From positions 2,428 to 66,427 of the forward strand of contig JBGQIB010000001.1 in assembly GCA_041498295.1 (NCBI GenBank): a DNA stretch of 64,000 nucleotides, read 5' to 3'. The notes under the pieces were generated by a model, which saw nothing but the letters and a program-made list of their open reading frames with translations, searched no databases and had not been told where the DNA came from. The position numbers were made by a program, and so were the translations under genes. The DNA is from a bacterium. Its GTDB lineage: Bacteria > Myxococcota_A > UBA9160 > SZUA-336. Positions 17,997-27,931 of this stretch are shown one piece after another. Position 1 is the stretch's first letter. Each line of letters opens with the position of its first letter.

Positions 17997-18963
17997 GCCC
18001 GCTCTTCAGCGCAAGCAATGCCTCGTTCGCGCGCGCAAACTCGAAGGCGGTCGTGCGCGGGCGCAGCGGGATTTCGGCCGCGAGCGCGAGCAGCTCGCGG
18101 CCGTCGGCGCGCGTGTTCGCGGTGACACTCGTCAGTGTTCGCTCCTCGAAGAGGTGGCGCGCGTAGTCGAGCGCGGGGACGTCACTCATGTGGATGCCCG
18201 CGCAGGCGAGCGTCGCGCCCGGCGCGAGCGCTTCGAGCGCGGGCGGCACGAGCGCACCGACGGGCGCGAACAGCACGGACGCGTCGAGTTTCTCCGGCGG
18301 CAGCGCGTCGAGATCGCCCGCCCACTCGGCGCCGAGCGCGAGCGCCAGCGCGCGGTGCGACGCCTCGCGCGTCACGACGAAGACGCGCGCGTTCCAGTGT
18401 CTCGCGACCTGCAGGGCGATGTGCGCGGACGAGCCGAAGCCGTACAGGCCGAGCTTCTCTCCGGGCCGGATGCCGCTGCGCCGGAGCGCGCGGAAGCCGA
18501 TGATCCCCGCGCACAGGAGCGGCGCGGCGGACTCGTCGTCGAGTGACTCGGGCAGCGCGTAGGCGAAGTCCTCGGGCACGCGCACGCGCTCCGCGAAGCC
18601 GCCGTTCTCGTGCCAGCCGGTGAACGACGGCGCGCGGCACAGGTTCTCGTCGCCGCGCAGGCAGTACGCGCAGGCGCCGCACGCGCGCCACAGCCAGGCG
18701 ACTCCGACGCGCGCGCCGAGCGCGAAGCGCCGCGCGCCCGCGCCCAGCGCGGCGACCCGGCCGACGACCTGATGTCCGGGCACGATCGCGGGGCGCTGCC
18801 TCGCGAGCTCACCTTCGATCACGTGCAGATCGGTGCGGCACAGCCCGCAGACCGACACGTCGACCGCGATCTGGCCCGGCCCCGGCGCGGGATCGGGAAG
18901 CTCGCGCAGCGCGAGCGGCGCGCTCTCGATCGGTCCGGGCTCTTGGAGCACCCACGCGCGCAT
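17959..18963 (-). CDS. Zinc-dependent medium-chain alcohol dehydrogenase/reductase.
   Basis: GHQVVGRV, CGACAYC structural-zinc motif, GxGxxA Rossmann region. Confidence 0.85.
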   Translation of the reverse strand: MRAWVLQEPGPIESAPLALRELPDPAPGPGQIAVDVSVCGLCRTDLHVIEGELARQRPAIVPGHQVVGRVAALGAGARRFALGARVGVAWLWRACGACAYCLRGDENLCRAPSFTGWHENGGFAERVRVPEDFAYALPESLDDESAAPLLCAGIIGFRALRRSGIRPGEKLGLYGFGSSAHIALQVARHWNARVFVVTREASHRALALALGAEWAGDLDALPPEKLDASVLFAPVGALVPPALEALAPGATLACAGIHMSDVPALDYARHLFEERTLTSVTANTRADGRELLALAAEIPLRPRTTAFEFARANEALLALKSGLIAGSGVLRVRR

Positions 18964-18990
18964 CGCGCGCAGATCTTACACTCGCGCGCG

Positions 18991-19698
18991 TTGAACGTTC
19001 TTCTCTTCGACGAGAGCGACGAGCTCGCGCCGGGACGCGTGCGCGTGGCGGGCCGCCGCTTGCGCCACGTGCGCGAGATACTTCGCGCGAAAACCGGCGA
19101 CGAGCTCGTCGTCGGCAAGCTCGACGACCGGCTCGGACGCGGCCGCATCGCGCGCCTGGACGCGGAGGCGCTCGACCTCGAAGTCACTCTCGAACGCGAT
19201 CCGCCGCCGCCGCACGGCGCCGTGCTCGCGGTCGCGCTGCCGCGGCCGCCGAGCCTGCGCAAGGTGCTGCAGCAGGCGACCGCGCTCGGCGTGAAGCGCC
19301 TCGTGTTCTTCGCCAGCGCGCGCGTAGAGAAGAGTTACTGGCAGAGCTCGGCGCTGCGCCCGGACGCGCTGCGCGAGCAGCTACTGCTCGGGCTCGAGCA
19401 AGCGGGGGATACGCGCGTTCCGCGGCTCGACTTCGCGCGCAGCTTCCGCCACTTCGTCGCCGAAACGTTGCCCGCACTGGCGGACGGCGCGCCCATCTTC
19501 GCGGCGCACCCGGGTCATGCGCCCATCGCGCTCGGCGCGGCGCCGCGCTGCGCGCTCGTGGTCGGGCCCGAGGGCGGCTTTCTCGACGACGAGCTCGCCG
19601 AGCTCGAGCACGCGGGCGCGCGTGCCGTCGGACTCGGGCCGCGCGTGCTGCGCATCGAGACGGCCGTCGTCGCGCTCCTGTCTCGCGTCGCCGGTTGA
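18991..19698 (+). CDS. rsmE: 16S rRNA (uracil1498-N3)-methyltransferase RsmE. TTG start inferred.
   Basis: C-terminal LVVGPEGGF...GPRVLRIETA SPOUT motif. No ATG/GTG between the convergent ADH start and the conserved N-terminus. Confidence 0.7.
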   Translation: MNVLLFDESDELAPGRVRVAGRRLRHVREILRAKTGDELVVGKLDDRLGRGRIARLDAEALDLEVTLERDPPPPHGAVLAVALPRPPSLRKVLQQATALGVKRLVFFASARVEKSYWQSSALRPDALREQLLLGLEQAGDTRVPRLDFARSFRHFVAETLPALADGAPIFAAHPGHAPIALGAAPRCALVVGPEGGFLDDELAELEHAGARAVGLGPRVLRIETAVVALLSRVAG

Positions 19699-19732
19699 CA
19701 CTGAAACGCGTCATTGGGATAGTCGCCGGCCC

Positions 19733-21040
19733 ATGATGGATCTGATGGAAAAGCTGGTCGCGCTCTGTCTGAACCGCGGCTTCATCTATCCGTCGAGCGA
19801 GATCTACGGCGGCATCGCGGGCTTCTGGGACTACGGTCCACTCGGCGTCGAGCTGCGCGCCAACATCAAGAGCGCGTGGTGGCAGACGATGGTGCGCGAC
19901 CGCGACGACGTCGTCGGTCTCGACTCGTCGATCATCGCGAATCCGCAGACATGGATCGCGTCGGGTCACGTCGCGAACTTCCACGATCCGATGGTCGACT
20001 GCCGGGCGTGCAAGCGCCGCTTCCGCGCAGGACAGATCGACGCCGACGACCACTGCGCCGCGACGTCGAGCGGCAAGCACGATCTCACCGAGCCGCGCCA
20101 GTTCAACCTGATGCTGAAGACGCGCGTCGGCGCGTCCGACGACACCGCCGGCGACGCCTATCTCAGGGCCGAGACGTGCCAGTCGATCTTTCTCGACTTC
20201 AAGCGCGTGATGACCTCGGCGCGCATGCGCCCACCGTTCGGCATCGCGCAGATCGGCAAGGCGTTCCGCAACGAGATCACGCCGCGCAACTTCATCTTCC
20301 GCTCGCGCGAGTTCGAGCAGATGGAGCTCGAGTTCTTCACGCCGCCCGCGGAGGCGATGGACTGGTTCGAGCGCTGGCGCGAGGTGCGCATGAACTGGCA
20401 TCGGTCGATCGGCCTCGATCCGGCGAAGCTGCGCTGGAAGGCGCACGGCCCCGACGAGCTCGCGCACTACGCGAAGGCGGCGTACGACGTCGAGTTCGAG
20501 TTCCCGTTCGGCTGGCACGAGCTCGAGGGCGTGCACCACCGCGGCGACTTCGACCTGCGTCAGCACAGCGAGCACTCCGGCAAGGATCAGTCGTACACCG
20601 ACCCCGACACCAAGGAGCGTTATACGCCGACGGTGATCGAAACCTCCGTGGGCGTCGACCGCAGCTTGCTGGCGCTGCTCGCGAGCGCCTATGCGGAGGA
20701 CGAGGTCGGCGGCGAGAAACGCGTCGTGCTGCGCTTCACGCCCCGACTCGCGCCGATCAAGGTCGCCCTGCTGCCGCTCTCGAAGAAGCTCTCCGAGCCG
20801 GCCGAAAAGCTCGCTGCCGATCTGCGCCGGCGCTTCGCGCTCGATTTCGACGTCTCGGGCAGCATCGGCAAGCGCTACCGCCGCCAGGACGAGGTGGGCA
20901 CGCCGTTCTGCGTGACGTTCGACTTCGAGTCGCTCGAGGATCACAAAGTCACCGTGCGCGAGCGCGACACGACGCTGCAGGAGCGCATCGCCGTAGACCA
21001 GCTGGGCGCCTACCTTTCCGAGCGGGTGCTGGGCTTCTAG
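19733..21040 (+). CDS. glyQS: Glycine--tRNA ligase, dimeric class II (GlyQS type).
   Basis: MMDLMEKLVALCLNRGFIYPSSEIYGG..., class II motifs, C-terminal anticodon-binding domain. Confidence 0.9.
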   Translation: MMDLMEKLVALCLNRGFIYPSSEIYGGIAGFWDYGPLGVELRANIKSAWWQTMVRDRDDVVGLDSSIIANPQTWIASGHVANFHDPMVDCRACKRRFRAGQIDADDHCAATSSGKHDLTEPRQFNLMLKTRVGASDDTAGDAYLRAETCQSIFLDFKRVMTSARMRPPFGIAQIGKAFRNEITPRNFIFRSREFEQMELEFFTPPAEAMDWFERWREVRMNWHRSIGLDPAKLRWKAHGPDELAHYAKAAYDVEFEFPFGWHELEGVHHRGDFDLRQHSEHSGKDQSYTDPDTKERYTPTVIETSVGVDRSLLALLASAYAEDEVGGEKRVVLRFTPRLAPIKVALLPLSKKLSEPAEKLAADLRRRFALDFDVSGSIGKRYRRQDEVGTPFCVTFDFESLEDHKVTVRERDTTLQERIAVDQLGAYLSERVLGF

Positions 21041-21050
21041 ACTCCGCGCC

Positions 21051-21947
21051 ATGCGCCGCGCCCTCCCCCACCCGAGCCTCGCCGTCGGGCTTGCGCTCAT
21101 GGGTGCGATCTGGGCGTCCGGCTACGCCGCGCTCGGTGAATGGAACGTTCATCCGAGCATTCCGTTCGGCGTCGGCGCCTTGCTCGCGCTCTATGCGCTC
21201 GCGGTCGGCCCGCTGCGCGAGGCGCGTGCTCTCGGCCCTCCGGTGCCCGTCGAGCAGTGGCTCTCGTTCGTGACCGGCGCCGTCGTGCTGTTCGTCGCGC
21301 TCACGGGTCCGGTGCACGACCTGTCCGACTCGTATCTCTTCTCCGCGCACATGATCCAGCACCTGCTGATCACTTTGCTCGCGCCACCTCTCTTGCTGAT
21401 CGGCACGCCGGCTTGGCTCGTGCGCTATCTCGTGCGACCCGCACCGGTGCACCGGGTCGCGCTCTTTCTGGGTCACCCGACGGTCGCGTTCATCGCTTGG
21501 AACGGAACCTTGCTTCTCTGGCACCTGCCGCCGCTCTACAACGCGACGCTCGTCGATCTCGACGTGCACATCTTCGAGCACCTGCTGTTCATCGTGACCG
21601 CGACGATGGCGTGGTGGCCGACCTTGGCGCCCGCGCACGAGCTGCGCGCGCCGATGGTGTTCCAGCTGATCTATCTGCTGTTGCTGCCGATCCCGATGAA
21701 GGTGCTCGGCATGATGCTGACGTTCTCGACCGGCGTTCTGTACCCGGCCTATGCGATCGCGCCGCGCATCTGGGACATCTCGCCGACGGTCGATCAGCAG
21801 ATCGGCGGGATCATCATGTGGGTGCCCGCGGGCTTCGTCATCTGGATCAACCTCGCCGCACACTTCTTCCGCTGGTACCGCGAGAGCGCGCGCCAGGACC
21901 GCGGCGAGACGAACGTCGTCCCCCTGACACGCGAGCGTGTCACGTGA
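21051..21947 (+). CDS. ctaG: Cytochrome c oxidase caa3-type assembly factor CtaG (Caa3_CtaG family), polytopic membrane protein.
   Basis: Multiple TM helices with HxxxHxH-like motifs (HMIQHLL, HIFEHLLF). Confidence 0.75.
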   Translation: MRRALPHPSLAVGLALMGAIWASGYAALGEWNVHPSIPFGVGALLALYALAVGPLREARALGPPVPVEQWLSFVTGAVVLFVALTGPVHDLSDSYLFSAHMIQHLLITLLAPPLLLIGTPAWLVRYLVRPAPVHRVALFLGHPTVAFIAWNGTLLLWHLPPLYNATLVDLDVHIFEHLLFIVTATMAWWPTLAPAHELRAPMVFQLIYLLLLPIPMKVLGMMLTFSTGVLYPAYAIAPRIWDISPTVDQQIGGIIMWVPAGFVIWINLAAHFFRWYRESARQDRGETNVVPLTRERVT

Positions 21948-22759
21948 GGAGCAGAGCGCTCGCCGCCGCCGCGCTCGTGTTCGCGCTCGCCGCCTGCGGG
22001 CTCGAGCGCGAGCAGACCTACGAAGTGACTGGCTTCGTGCAGGCCGTCGACGTGCCGAACAAACAAGTGACGATCTCGCACGAGGAGATTTCCGGCTTCA
22101 TGCCCGCGATGACGATGAACTTCGACGTGGCCGACGCCGGCCTGCTCGAGGGCGTCGCGCCCGGCGCGCGCGTGGCGTTCGGTCTGCACCGCAGCGCGAG
22201 CTTGTTGCGCATCGAGAGCCTGCGCGTCGTCGTGCCCGCGCTGGCCGGAGACGTCGCGCCGCCTGCGCTCGAGGAGCTCGAGACTGCGCCGGAGTTCGCA
22301 CTCGTCGATCAGGACGGGCGCACGACGAAGCTCTCCGATTGGCGCGGCCGCGCGGTGTTCGTCGACTTCGTGTTCACGCGCTGTCCCGGCCCGTGCCCAA
22401 TCCAGACGGCGCGCTTGGTCGACGTGCAGCGCCAGATCCCGCCGGAGCTCGCGCCGCGCGCGCAGTTCGCCTCGATCACGCTCGACCCCGAATACGACTC
22501 ACCCGAGCGCCTGCGCGAGTACGCCGAGCAACACCGCGCGCGGCTCGACAACTGGTCGTTCCTCACAGGCGACGCCGCGCAGGTGCAAGCGGTGCTCGAC
22601 GCCTACCGAATCGGCACGATCCGCAAGCCGGACGGCACGCTCGACCACGTGGTCGCCACGTTCCTGATCGCGCCCGACGGGAGCATCGCGCACCGCTATC
22701 TCGGACTCACCGGCAGAGCGAGCGAGATGCTCGATGATCTGCGCAAGACGCTCTCGTGA
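21944..22759 (+). CDS. SCO1/SenC copper chaperone (thioredoxin fold, CPGPCP) fused to an N-terminal CusF-like MxM copper-binding domain. Lipoprotein.
   Basis: Lipobox LAACG. MPAMTMNF motif. FTRCPGPCP. GTG start overlapping the ctaG stop (GTGA). Confidence 0.8.
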   Translation: MRSRALAAAALVFALAACGLEREQTYEVTGFVQAVDVPNKQVTISHEEISGFMPAMTMNFDVADAGLLEGVAPGARVAFGLHRSASLLRIESLRVVVPALAGDVAPPALEELETAPEFALVDQDGRTTKLSDWRGRAVFVDFVFTRCPGPCPIQTARLVDVQRQIPPELAPRAQFASITLDPEYDSPERLREYAEQHRARLDNWSFLTGDAAQVQAVLDAYRIGTIRKPDGTLDHVVATFLIAPDGSIAHRYLGLTGRASEMLDDLRKTLS

Positions 22760-23136
22760 ACCGTTTCGCGCGCGCGCTGCTGCTCTCGCTCGCGCTCGTC
22801 GCCGCGCCCGCGTGCGAGCGCGCGACCGGCTCGGACGCGCGCGCCGCGTCGATCGAGCACAAGCTGCTCGCGTCGTGCTCGTGTCACCCGAAGAAGATCG
22901 CCGGCCTGCCGCTCGAGAAGGAAATCCGCAGCGCGATCCGCGAAGGCATGGCGGAAGGCCTCGACGACGACGCGGTTCTGTGGCGGGTCTTGCAGACACA
23001 CGGCACCGCGCTGCTCGCCGCGGGCATTCAGGATCTCGAAGCGCGCGCGGCCGCGTTCGCGGCCGAGACCGGCGTGGTCATCGTCGCGGGGCTCGGCGTC
23101 CTGCTCTTGCAGCTGCGCCGCCGCGACGCGGACTAA
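22756..23136 (+). CDS. Small membrane-anchored periplasmic protein with a CSCH motif, last gene of the ctaG-sco1 operon.
   Basis: Signal/anchor MNRFARALLLSLALVAAPACE, C-terminal TM. ATGA overlap with the sco1 stop. Confidence 0.5.
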   Translation: MNRFARALLLSLALVAAPACERATGSDARAASIEHKLLASCSCHPKKIAGLPLEKEIRSAIREGMAEGLDDDAVLWRVLQTHGTALLAAGIQDLEARAAAFAAETGVVIVAGLGVLLLQLRRRDAD

Positions 23137-23789
23137 GTCCGCTCGCGCTTGCGCGCGAAGAGCAGCGGATGTGACTCGCGTTTTCGGGGCTCGCTCGCGT
23201 CGTAGCCGTGCCCGATCGCACTCGTCTCCAGGAGCTCGAAGTCGAGGCGCGCGAGCATCTGCACGTAGTCTTCGCGCGACCAGTTGCTCCGGTACATGCG
23301 CACGCCGAAGAAGCCGTCCTCCGTGTAGGCGTCTTCGCGGAAGTGACTGACGGTCGCGGCGAGATATCCGCCGGGCACGAGCCAGCGCGCGAAGCGGCGG
23401 AACAGCGCCTCGTGCTCCTCGCGCGGGAGGTGAAAGACGGCATAGAAGGAGACGACCGCGTCGAAAGACGCCTCCGGGAGCTCGACGGACATCGCGTCGG
23501 CGAGCAGGAACGCCGCGTTCGGGACGTTCTCGCGCGCCCGCCGGATCTGCTCGGGCGAGACGTCGACACCGGTCACTCGGTGCTCGCACGCGAGCGCAGC
23601 GGCGATCGGAACGCCCGAGCCGCAGCCGACGTCGAGCACGCGCGAGCCGGGCGCCAAGCGCGCGACGAGCGCTGCGAGCTCGCGGCCGAGCTCACGGCGA
23701 CGCGCTTCGGTGTAGGTCGCGGAGCAGCGGTCGTACCCGTCGCGAACGAGCCCGCGGTAGTCGACCGTCGGGTCGTCCGCGGGCTTCAT
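23133..23789 (-). CDS. Class I SAM-dependent methyltransferase.
   Basis: VLDVGCGSG motif I. 218 aa counted from MKPADDP. ATG overlaps the upstream ADH stop. Confidence 0.8.
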   Translation of the reverse strand: MKPADDPTVDYRGLVRDGYDRCSATYTEARRRELGRELAALVARLAPGSRVLDVGCGSGVPIAAALACEHRVTGVDVSPEQIRRARENVPNAAFLLADAMSVELPEASFDAVVSFYAVFHLPREEHEALFRRFARWLVPGGYLAATVSHFREDAYTEDGFFGVRMYRSNWSREDYVQMLARLDFELLETSAIGHGYDASEPRKRESHPLLFARKRERT

Positions 23790-24949
23790 TCGTACTTGAT
23801 CACCGTGCGGATCGCCGAGCCGTCGTGCATGCGCTCGAACGCAACGTTGATGCGCTCGAGCGGCAGCTCCAGGGTCACCATCTCGTCGAGCTTGATGCGC
23901 CCGCTCATGTAGCGATCGACGAAGCGCGGCAGCTGCGTGCGCCCCTTCGTGCCGCCGAACGCGGTGCCGCGCCACGAGCGGCCGGTGACGAGCAGGAACG
24001 GGCGCGCATGAATCTCCTGGCCCGCGCCCGCGACGCCGATGACGATCGACTGACCCCAACCGCGCTGCGTGCAGGCGAGCGCTTGGCCCATCACGTCGAC
24101 GTTGCCGATGCACTCGAACGAGTAGTCGACGCCGCCGTCGGTCAGCTCCACGATCGCGGCCGCGACGTCGGCGGTCTCCCCGGGGTTCAGGAACTCGGTC
24201 GCGCCGAACGCCTTCGCGAGCTGGAACTTCCGCGGGTTCGTGTCGATGCCGATGATGCGCTCCGCGCCCGCCAGCACCGCGCCTTGGATCACGGAGAGAC
24301 CGATGCCGCCGAGCCCGAACACCGCCACGCTCGAGCCGGGCTCGACCTTCGCGGTGTGCAACACCGCGCCGATGCCGGTCGTGACTCCGCAGCCGAGCAG
24401 ACAGATGCGATCGAGCGGCGCGTCGGCGCGCACCTTCGCGAGCGCGATCTCGGGAACGACCGTGTACTCGGCGAACGTCGACGTGCCCATGTAGTGGTGC
24501 AGCGTCTTGCCGCGCGCCGAGAGTCGGCTCGAGCCGTCGGGCATGAGTCCCTTGCCCTGGGTCGCGCGGATGCGGACACAGAGGTTGGTCTTGCCCGAGA
24601 GGCAGTATTTGCACTCCCTACACTCCGGAATGTAGAGCGGGATGACGTGGTCGCCGACCGCGAGCGAGCGCACGCCCGCGCCCAACTCGACCACGACGCC
24701 GGCGCCCTCGTGCCCGAGCACCACGGGGAACAGGCCCTCGGGGTCCTTACCCGAAAGTGTGTAGGCGTCGGTGTGACACACGCCGCTGGCGGCCAACTTG
24801 ACCAAGCATTCGCCCGCGCGCGGCCCTTCGAGCTCCATTTCCTCGATCTCGAGCGCGCGTCCCGCTGCCCATGCAACCGCCGCTTTAACCTTCACAAACG
24901 CGATTATACGAGGTTTGGCAGCGTGCTTTGACCGAACTTTGACCCACAA
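23786..24949 (-). CDS. Class III alcohol dehydrogenase / S-(hydroxymethyl)glutathione dehydrogenase. True start probably the internal GTG (VKVKAAVAW).
   Basis: [21 protein letters not shown] motifs. High similarity pattern to FrmA/AdhC. Confidence 0.85.
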   Translation of the reverse strand: MWVKVRSKHAAKPRIIAFVKVKAAVAWAAGRALEIEEMELEGPRAGECLVKLAASGVCHTDAYTLSGKDPEGLFPVVLGHEGAGVVVELGAGVRSLAVGDHVIPLYIPECRECKYCLSGKTNLCVRIRATQGKGLMPDGSSRLSARGKTLHHYMGTSTFAEYTVVPEIALAKVRADAPLDRICLLGCGVTTGIGAVLHTAKVEPGSSVAVFGLGGIGLSVIQGAVLAGAERIIGIDTNPRKFQLAKAFGATEFLNPGETADVAAAIVELTDGGVDYSFECIGNVDVMGQALACTQRGWGQSIVIGVAGAGQEIHARPFLLVTGRSWRGTAFGGTKGRTQLPRFVDRYMSGRIKLDEMVTLELPLERINVAFERMHDGSAIRTVIKYE

Positions 24950-25005
24950 CCCGCCGCGCCGCGCCGATGCGGTCGATAGTCTGTTTGCCAGGGGGAAGGG
25001 ACCAG

Positions 25006-26097
25006 ATGTCAGCCGAAGTGCAGATCGCGGGCGCGCCCGACCTGGAGGTCGGCCCCAGCATCGGCGACGTAATCGCGATTCTGCCGGACAGCGTCTACGA
25101 GAACCCGACGGCGCTCGGTCTCGCGTACTTCGCGCGCGACGTCGTGATCTACGGCATCGCGGTCACCGCGCTCGTGTTCGCGCATCACCCGCTCGTCATC
25201 CTCCCGTTGTGGATCTTCACCGCGCTCGTGATCAGCGCGCTCTTCATCGTCGGACACGACGCCGCCCACGGCGCGCTCTTCAAGAGCAAGCGGCTCTGCT
25301 ACGTGATCGGGCAGCTCGCGATGCTGCCGTCCCTGCACGTGTACGAAGCCTGGGTGTTCGGGCACAACCGAATCCATCACGGTCACACCGTGCGCGAGGT
25401 GATGGACTACGTTTGGCATCCGATCAGCCCGGACGGATATCGCGCGATGTCGCTGCCGCAGCGCCTCGTTCACCGGCTGAAGTGGTCGTGGCTCGGCGCG
25501 GGCGTGTACTACGGTTGGGACATCTGGTGGCGCAACATGATGCGCTTCTCGCCGCCGGAAAAGATCGCCGCCGACGTGCGGCGCGATCGACGCATCGTGC
25601 TCGTCTACGCCGCGATCGTGAGCAGCGCCCTGCTCGCGCTCGGCGCACACATGTACGGGGGCGTGAGTGGTGCGCTGTGGATGTGGACCAAGGTGTTCGC
25701 CGTTCCGTTCGCGCTCTGGAACTACTCGATCGGTATCTCGGTCTACGTGCACCACATTTCGCCCGACATCGCCTGGTACGGCCGCCGCGAGTGGACGCGC
25801 TTCAAGGGTCAGATGGAAGGCACGACGATCCTACACGTCCCGGTGTGGCTGAACTTCTTCTACCACAACATCTTCCTGCACGTGCCGCACCACGTCGACA
25901 TGCGCATCCCGTTCTATCACCTCGACGAAGCTTCGGAGGCGATCCTCGCGAAATTCGGGAACGTCGTGCGCGAGCGCAGCTACGGCTTCGCCGACTATCT
26001 CCGCGCGACGCGCACATGCAAGCTCTACGACTTCACGGCGCACGAGTGGCGCGGCTACGACGCCGCCGCGGTGACCGTGCCCTCAGTCGCCGCGTAG
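25006..26097 (+). CDS. Membrane fatty-acid desaturase family protein.
   Basis: His boxes [29 protein letters not shown] upstream of the ATG at 25006. Confidence 0.85.
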   Translation: MSAEVQIAGAPDLEVGPSIGDVIAILPDSVYENPTALGLAYFARDVVIYGIAVTALVFAHHPLVILPLWIFTALVISALFIVGHDAAHGALFKSKRLCYVIGQLAMLPSLHVYEAWVFGHNRIHHGHTVREVMDYVWHPISPDGYRAMSLPQRLVHRLKWSWLGAGVYYGWDIWWRNMMRFSPPEKIAADVRRDRRIVLVYAAIVSSALLALGAHMYGGVSGALWMWTKVFAVPFALWNYSIGISVYVHHISPDIAWYGRREWTRFKGQMEGTTILHVPVWLNFFYHNIFLHVPHHVDMRIPFYHLDEASEAILAKFGNVVRERSYGFADYLRATRTCKLYDFTAHEWRGYDAAAVTVPSVAA

Positions 26098-27870
26098 CAG
26101 AAGCCCGAGCTCCTTGAGCTGCGCCGCGTCGACTGGAGTCGGCGACTCCATGAGCAGGTCCTGCGCGCGCTGAGTCTTCGGGAACGCGAGCACGTCGCGC
26201 AGGCTATCGCCGCCCGCCAGCATCAGCGCAAAGCGGTCCATCCCGAACGCGAAGCCGCCGTGCGGCGGCGCGCCCGTGTCGAGCGCGTCGAGCATGAAGC
26301 CGAACCGCTCGCGCGCCTCTTGCTCGCTATAGCCCATGATCGACAGGATCTTGAGCTGCAGATCCGAGCGGTGATTGCGCAGGCTCCCCGAGCCGAGCTC
26401 CACGCCGTTCACTACCAGGTCGTAGTGAGTCGCCACGACGCTCTTCGGATCGGTGTCGAGCTTCTCGATCTCGCTCTCGAGCGGCGCGACGAACGGCATG
26501 TGCATGTACGTGAGCTTGCCGTCGTCGGTCTCCTCGAAGAGGGGGAAGCCGACTACGAAATGGGGGTCCCACGCGCGCCCATCCCAGCGCCCGAGCTTCG
26601 CGCCGAGCTCCAGCCGAATCCGGCCGAGCACGTCGCAGACCAGCTTCTCGCGATCCGCGCCGAACAGAATCACGTGCCCCGGGCGGAGTCCCGCGCGCTT
26701 GGCGATCGCGACGCGCTCCGCGTCGGAGAGAAATTTCGCGATCGGGCTCTGCCAGCTACCGTCGGGCTGAATGCGCGCCCACGCGAGGCCCTTCGCGCCG
26801 AAGCCGCGCGCCAGATCGTTCAGGCGGTCTAGCTCGCTGCGCGAGAGCGCGTCGGCGTCTGGTACCGGCAGCCCGCGCACCACGCCACCCGACGCGAGCG
26901 CGCCGGCGAAGACCTTGAACTCAGTGTTCGCGAGTGTGTCGGAAAGCTCGACGAGCTCGAGCGCGATGCGCCGCTCCGGCTTGTCGGAGCCGTAGCGCAA
27001 CATCGCTTCCGCGTGCGGCAAGCGCGGGAACGGTCGCTCGAGCTCGACGCCGAGCACGTCGCGAAACGCGCGCACCGTGATGTGCTCGAGCAGCTCGAGC
27101 ACGTCCTCCACGCCCACGAACGACATCTCGAGGTCGAGCTGCGTGAACTCGAGCTGGCGGTCGGCGCGCTGATCCTCGTCGCGGAAGCAACGCGCGATTT
27201 GGAAGTAGCCGTCGAAGCCCGCGACCATCAGCATCTGCTTCATGATCTGCGGTGACTGAGGCAGGGCGTAGAAGCTGCCGTGGTGGACCCGGCTCGGGAC
27301 GAGGAAGTCGCGCGAGCCCTCGGGAGTCGCGCGCGCGAGGATCGGCGTCTCGATCTCGACCAGGCCGCGAGCGTCGCAGCTCGCGCGGAGTGACTGCGCG
27401 AGCTTGTGCCGCACGAACAGGCGCTTCTGCATGATCGGCCGCCGCAGGTCGTGGATGCGGTACTGGAGGCGGACGCCGTCGTCGATCTCCGCGTCGTCCT
27501 CGATCGCGAACGGCGGGGTCGACGCCGAGTTCAAGATGCGCAGCTCCTGCGCGACGAGCTCGACCTCGCCCGTCGGCAGGTTCGGATTCGCCGCGTCCTG
27601 CTCGCGCCGCTCGAGCCGCCCGCGCACCGCGAGCACGAACTCGGAGCGCACCGCCTGCGCGCGCTCGTGCGCCTGCGGCGCGGAATCCGGCTTGATCACC
27701 ACCTGCGCGATCCCCGTGCGGTCGCGCAGATCGACGAAGATCACGCCGCCGTGGTCGCGGCGCTTGCGCACCCAGCCGCACAGCACGATCTCGCGGCCGA
27801 CGTCGCTCGCGCGCACGTCGCCACAGAAGTGTGTTCGGCGAAGGTCGCCCAATGGATCGAGTCGCAGCAC
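26083..27870 (-). CDS. aspS: Aspartate--tRNA ligase (bacterial type).
   Basis: N-terminal OB fold, class II motifs, FGxDR, 595 aa. Confidence 0.95.
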   Translation of the reverse strand: MLRLDPLGDLRRTHFCGDVRASDVGREIVLCGWVRKRRDHGGVIFVDLRDRTGIAQVVIKPDSAPQAHERAQAVRSEFVLAVRGRLERREQDAANPNLPTGEVELVAQELRILNSASTPPFAIEDDAEIDDGVRLQYRIHDLRRPIMQKRLFVRHKLAQSLRASCDARGLVEIETPILARATPEGSRDFLVPSRVHHGSFYALPQSPQIMKQMLMVAGFDGYFQIARCFRDEDQRADRQLEFTQLDLEMSFVGVEDVLELLEHITVRAFRDVLGVELERPFPRLPHAEAMLRYGSDKPERRIALELVELSDTLANTEFKVFAGALASGGVVRGLPVPDADALSRSELDRLNDLARGFGAKGLAWARIQPDGSWQSPIAKFLSDAERVAIAKRAGLRPGHVILFGADREKLVCDVLGRIRLELGAKLGRWDGRAWDPHFVVGFPLFEETDDGKLTYMHMPFVAPLESEIEKLDTDPKSVVATHYDLVVNGVELGSGSLRNHRSDLQLKILSIMGYSEQEARERFGFMLDALDTGAPPHGGFAFGMDRFALMLAGGDSLRDVLAFPKTQRAQDLLMESPTPVDAAQLKELGLLLRGD

Positions 27871-27931
27871 ATCGCCCCAACGCGCGTCGGCTCGCGCGGA
27901 GCGCGGAGCTTAACAGGGGGCCGGCGGAGGG

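Noticed and set aside
19184-21100. 638-aa minus-strand ORF.
   Set aside because: It is antisense to rsmE and glyQS, which show strong family motifs. It has no start context and a low-complexity sequence.
23786-23790. One-nt disagreements between positions counted from the printed sequence and the ORF-track coordinates (also near 42016-42017).
   Set aside because: Treated as local transcription or indexing noise. Track coordinates are used for gene ends and residue counting for internal starts. This does not affect any biological call.
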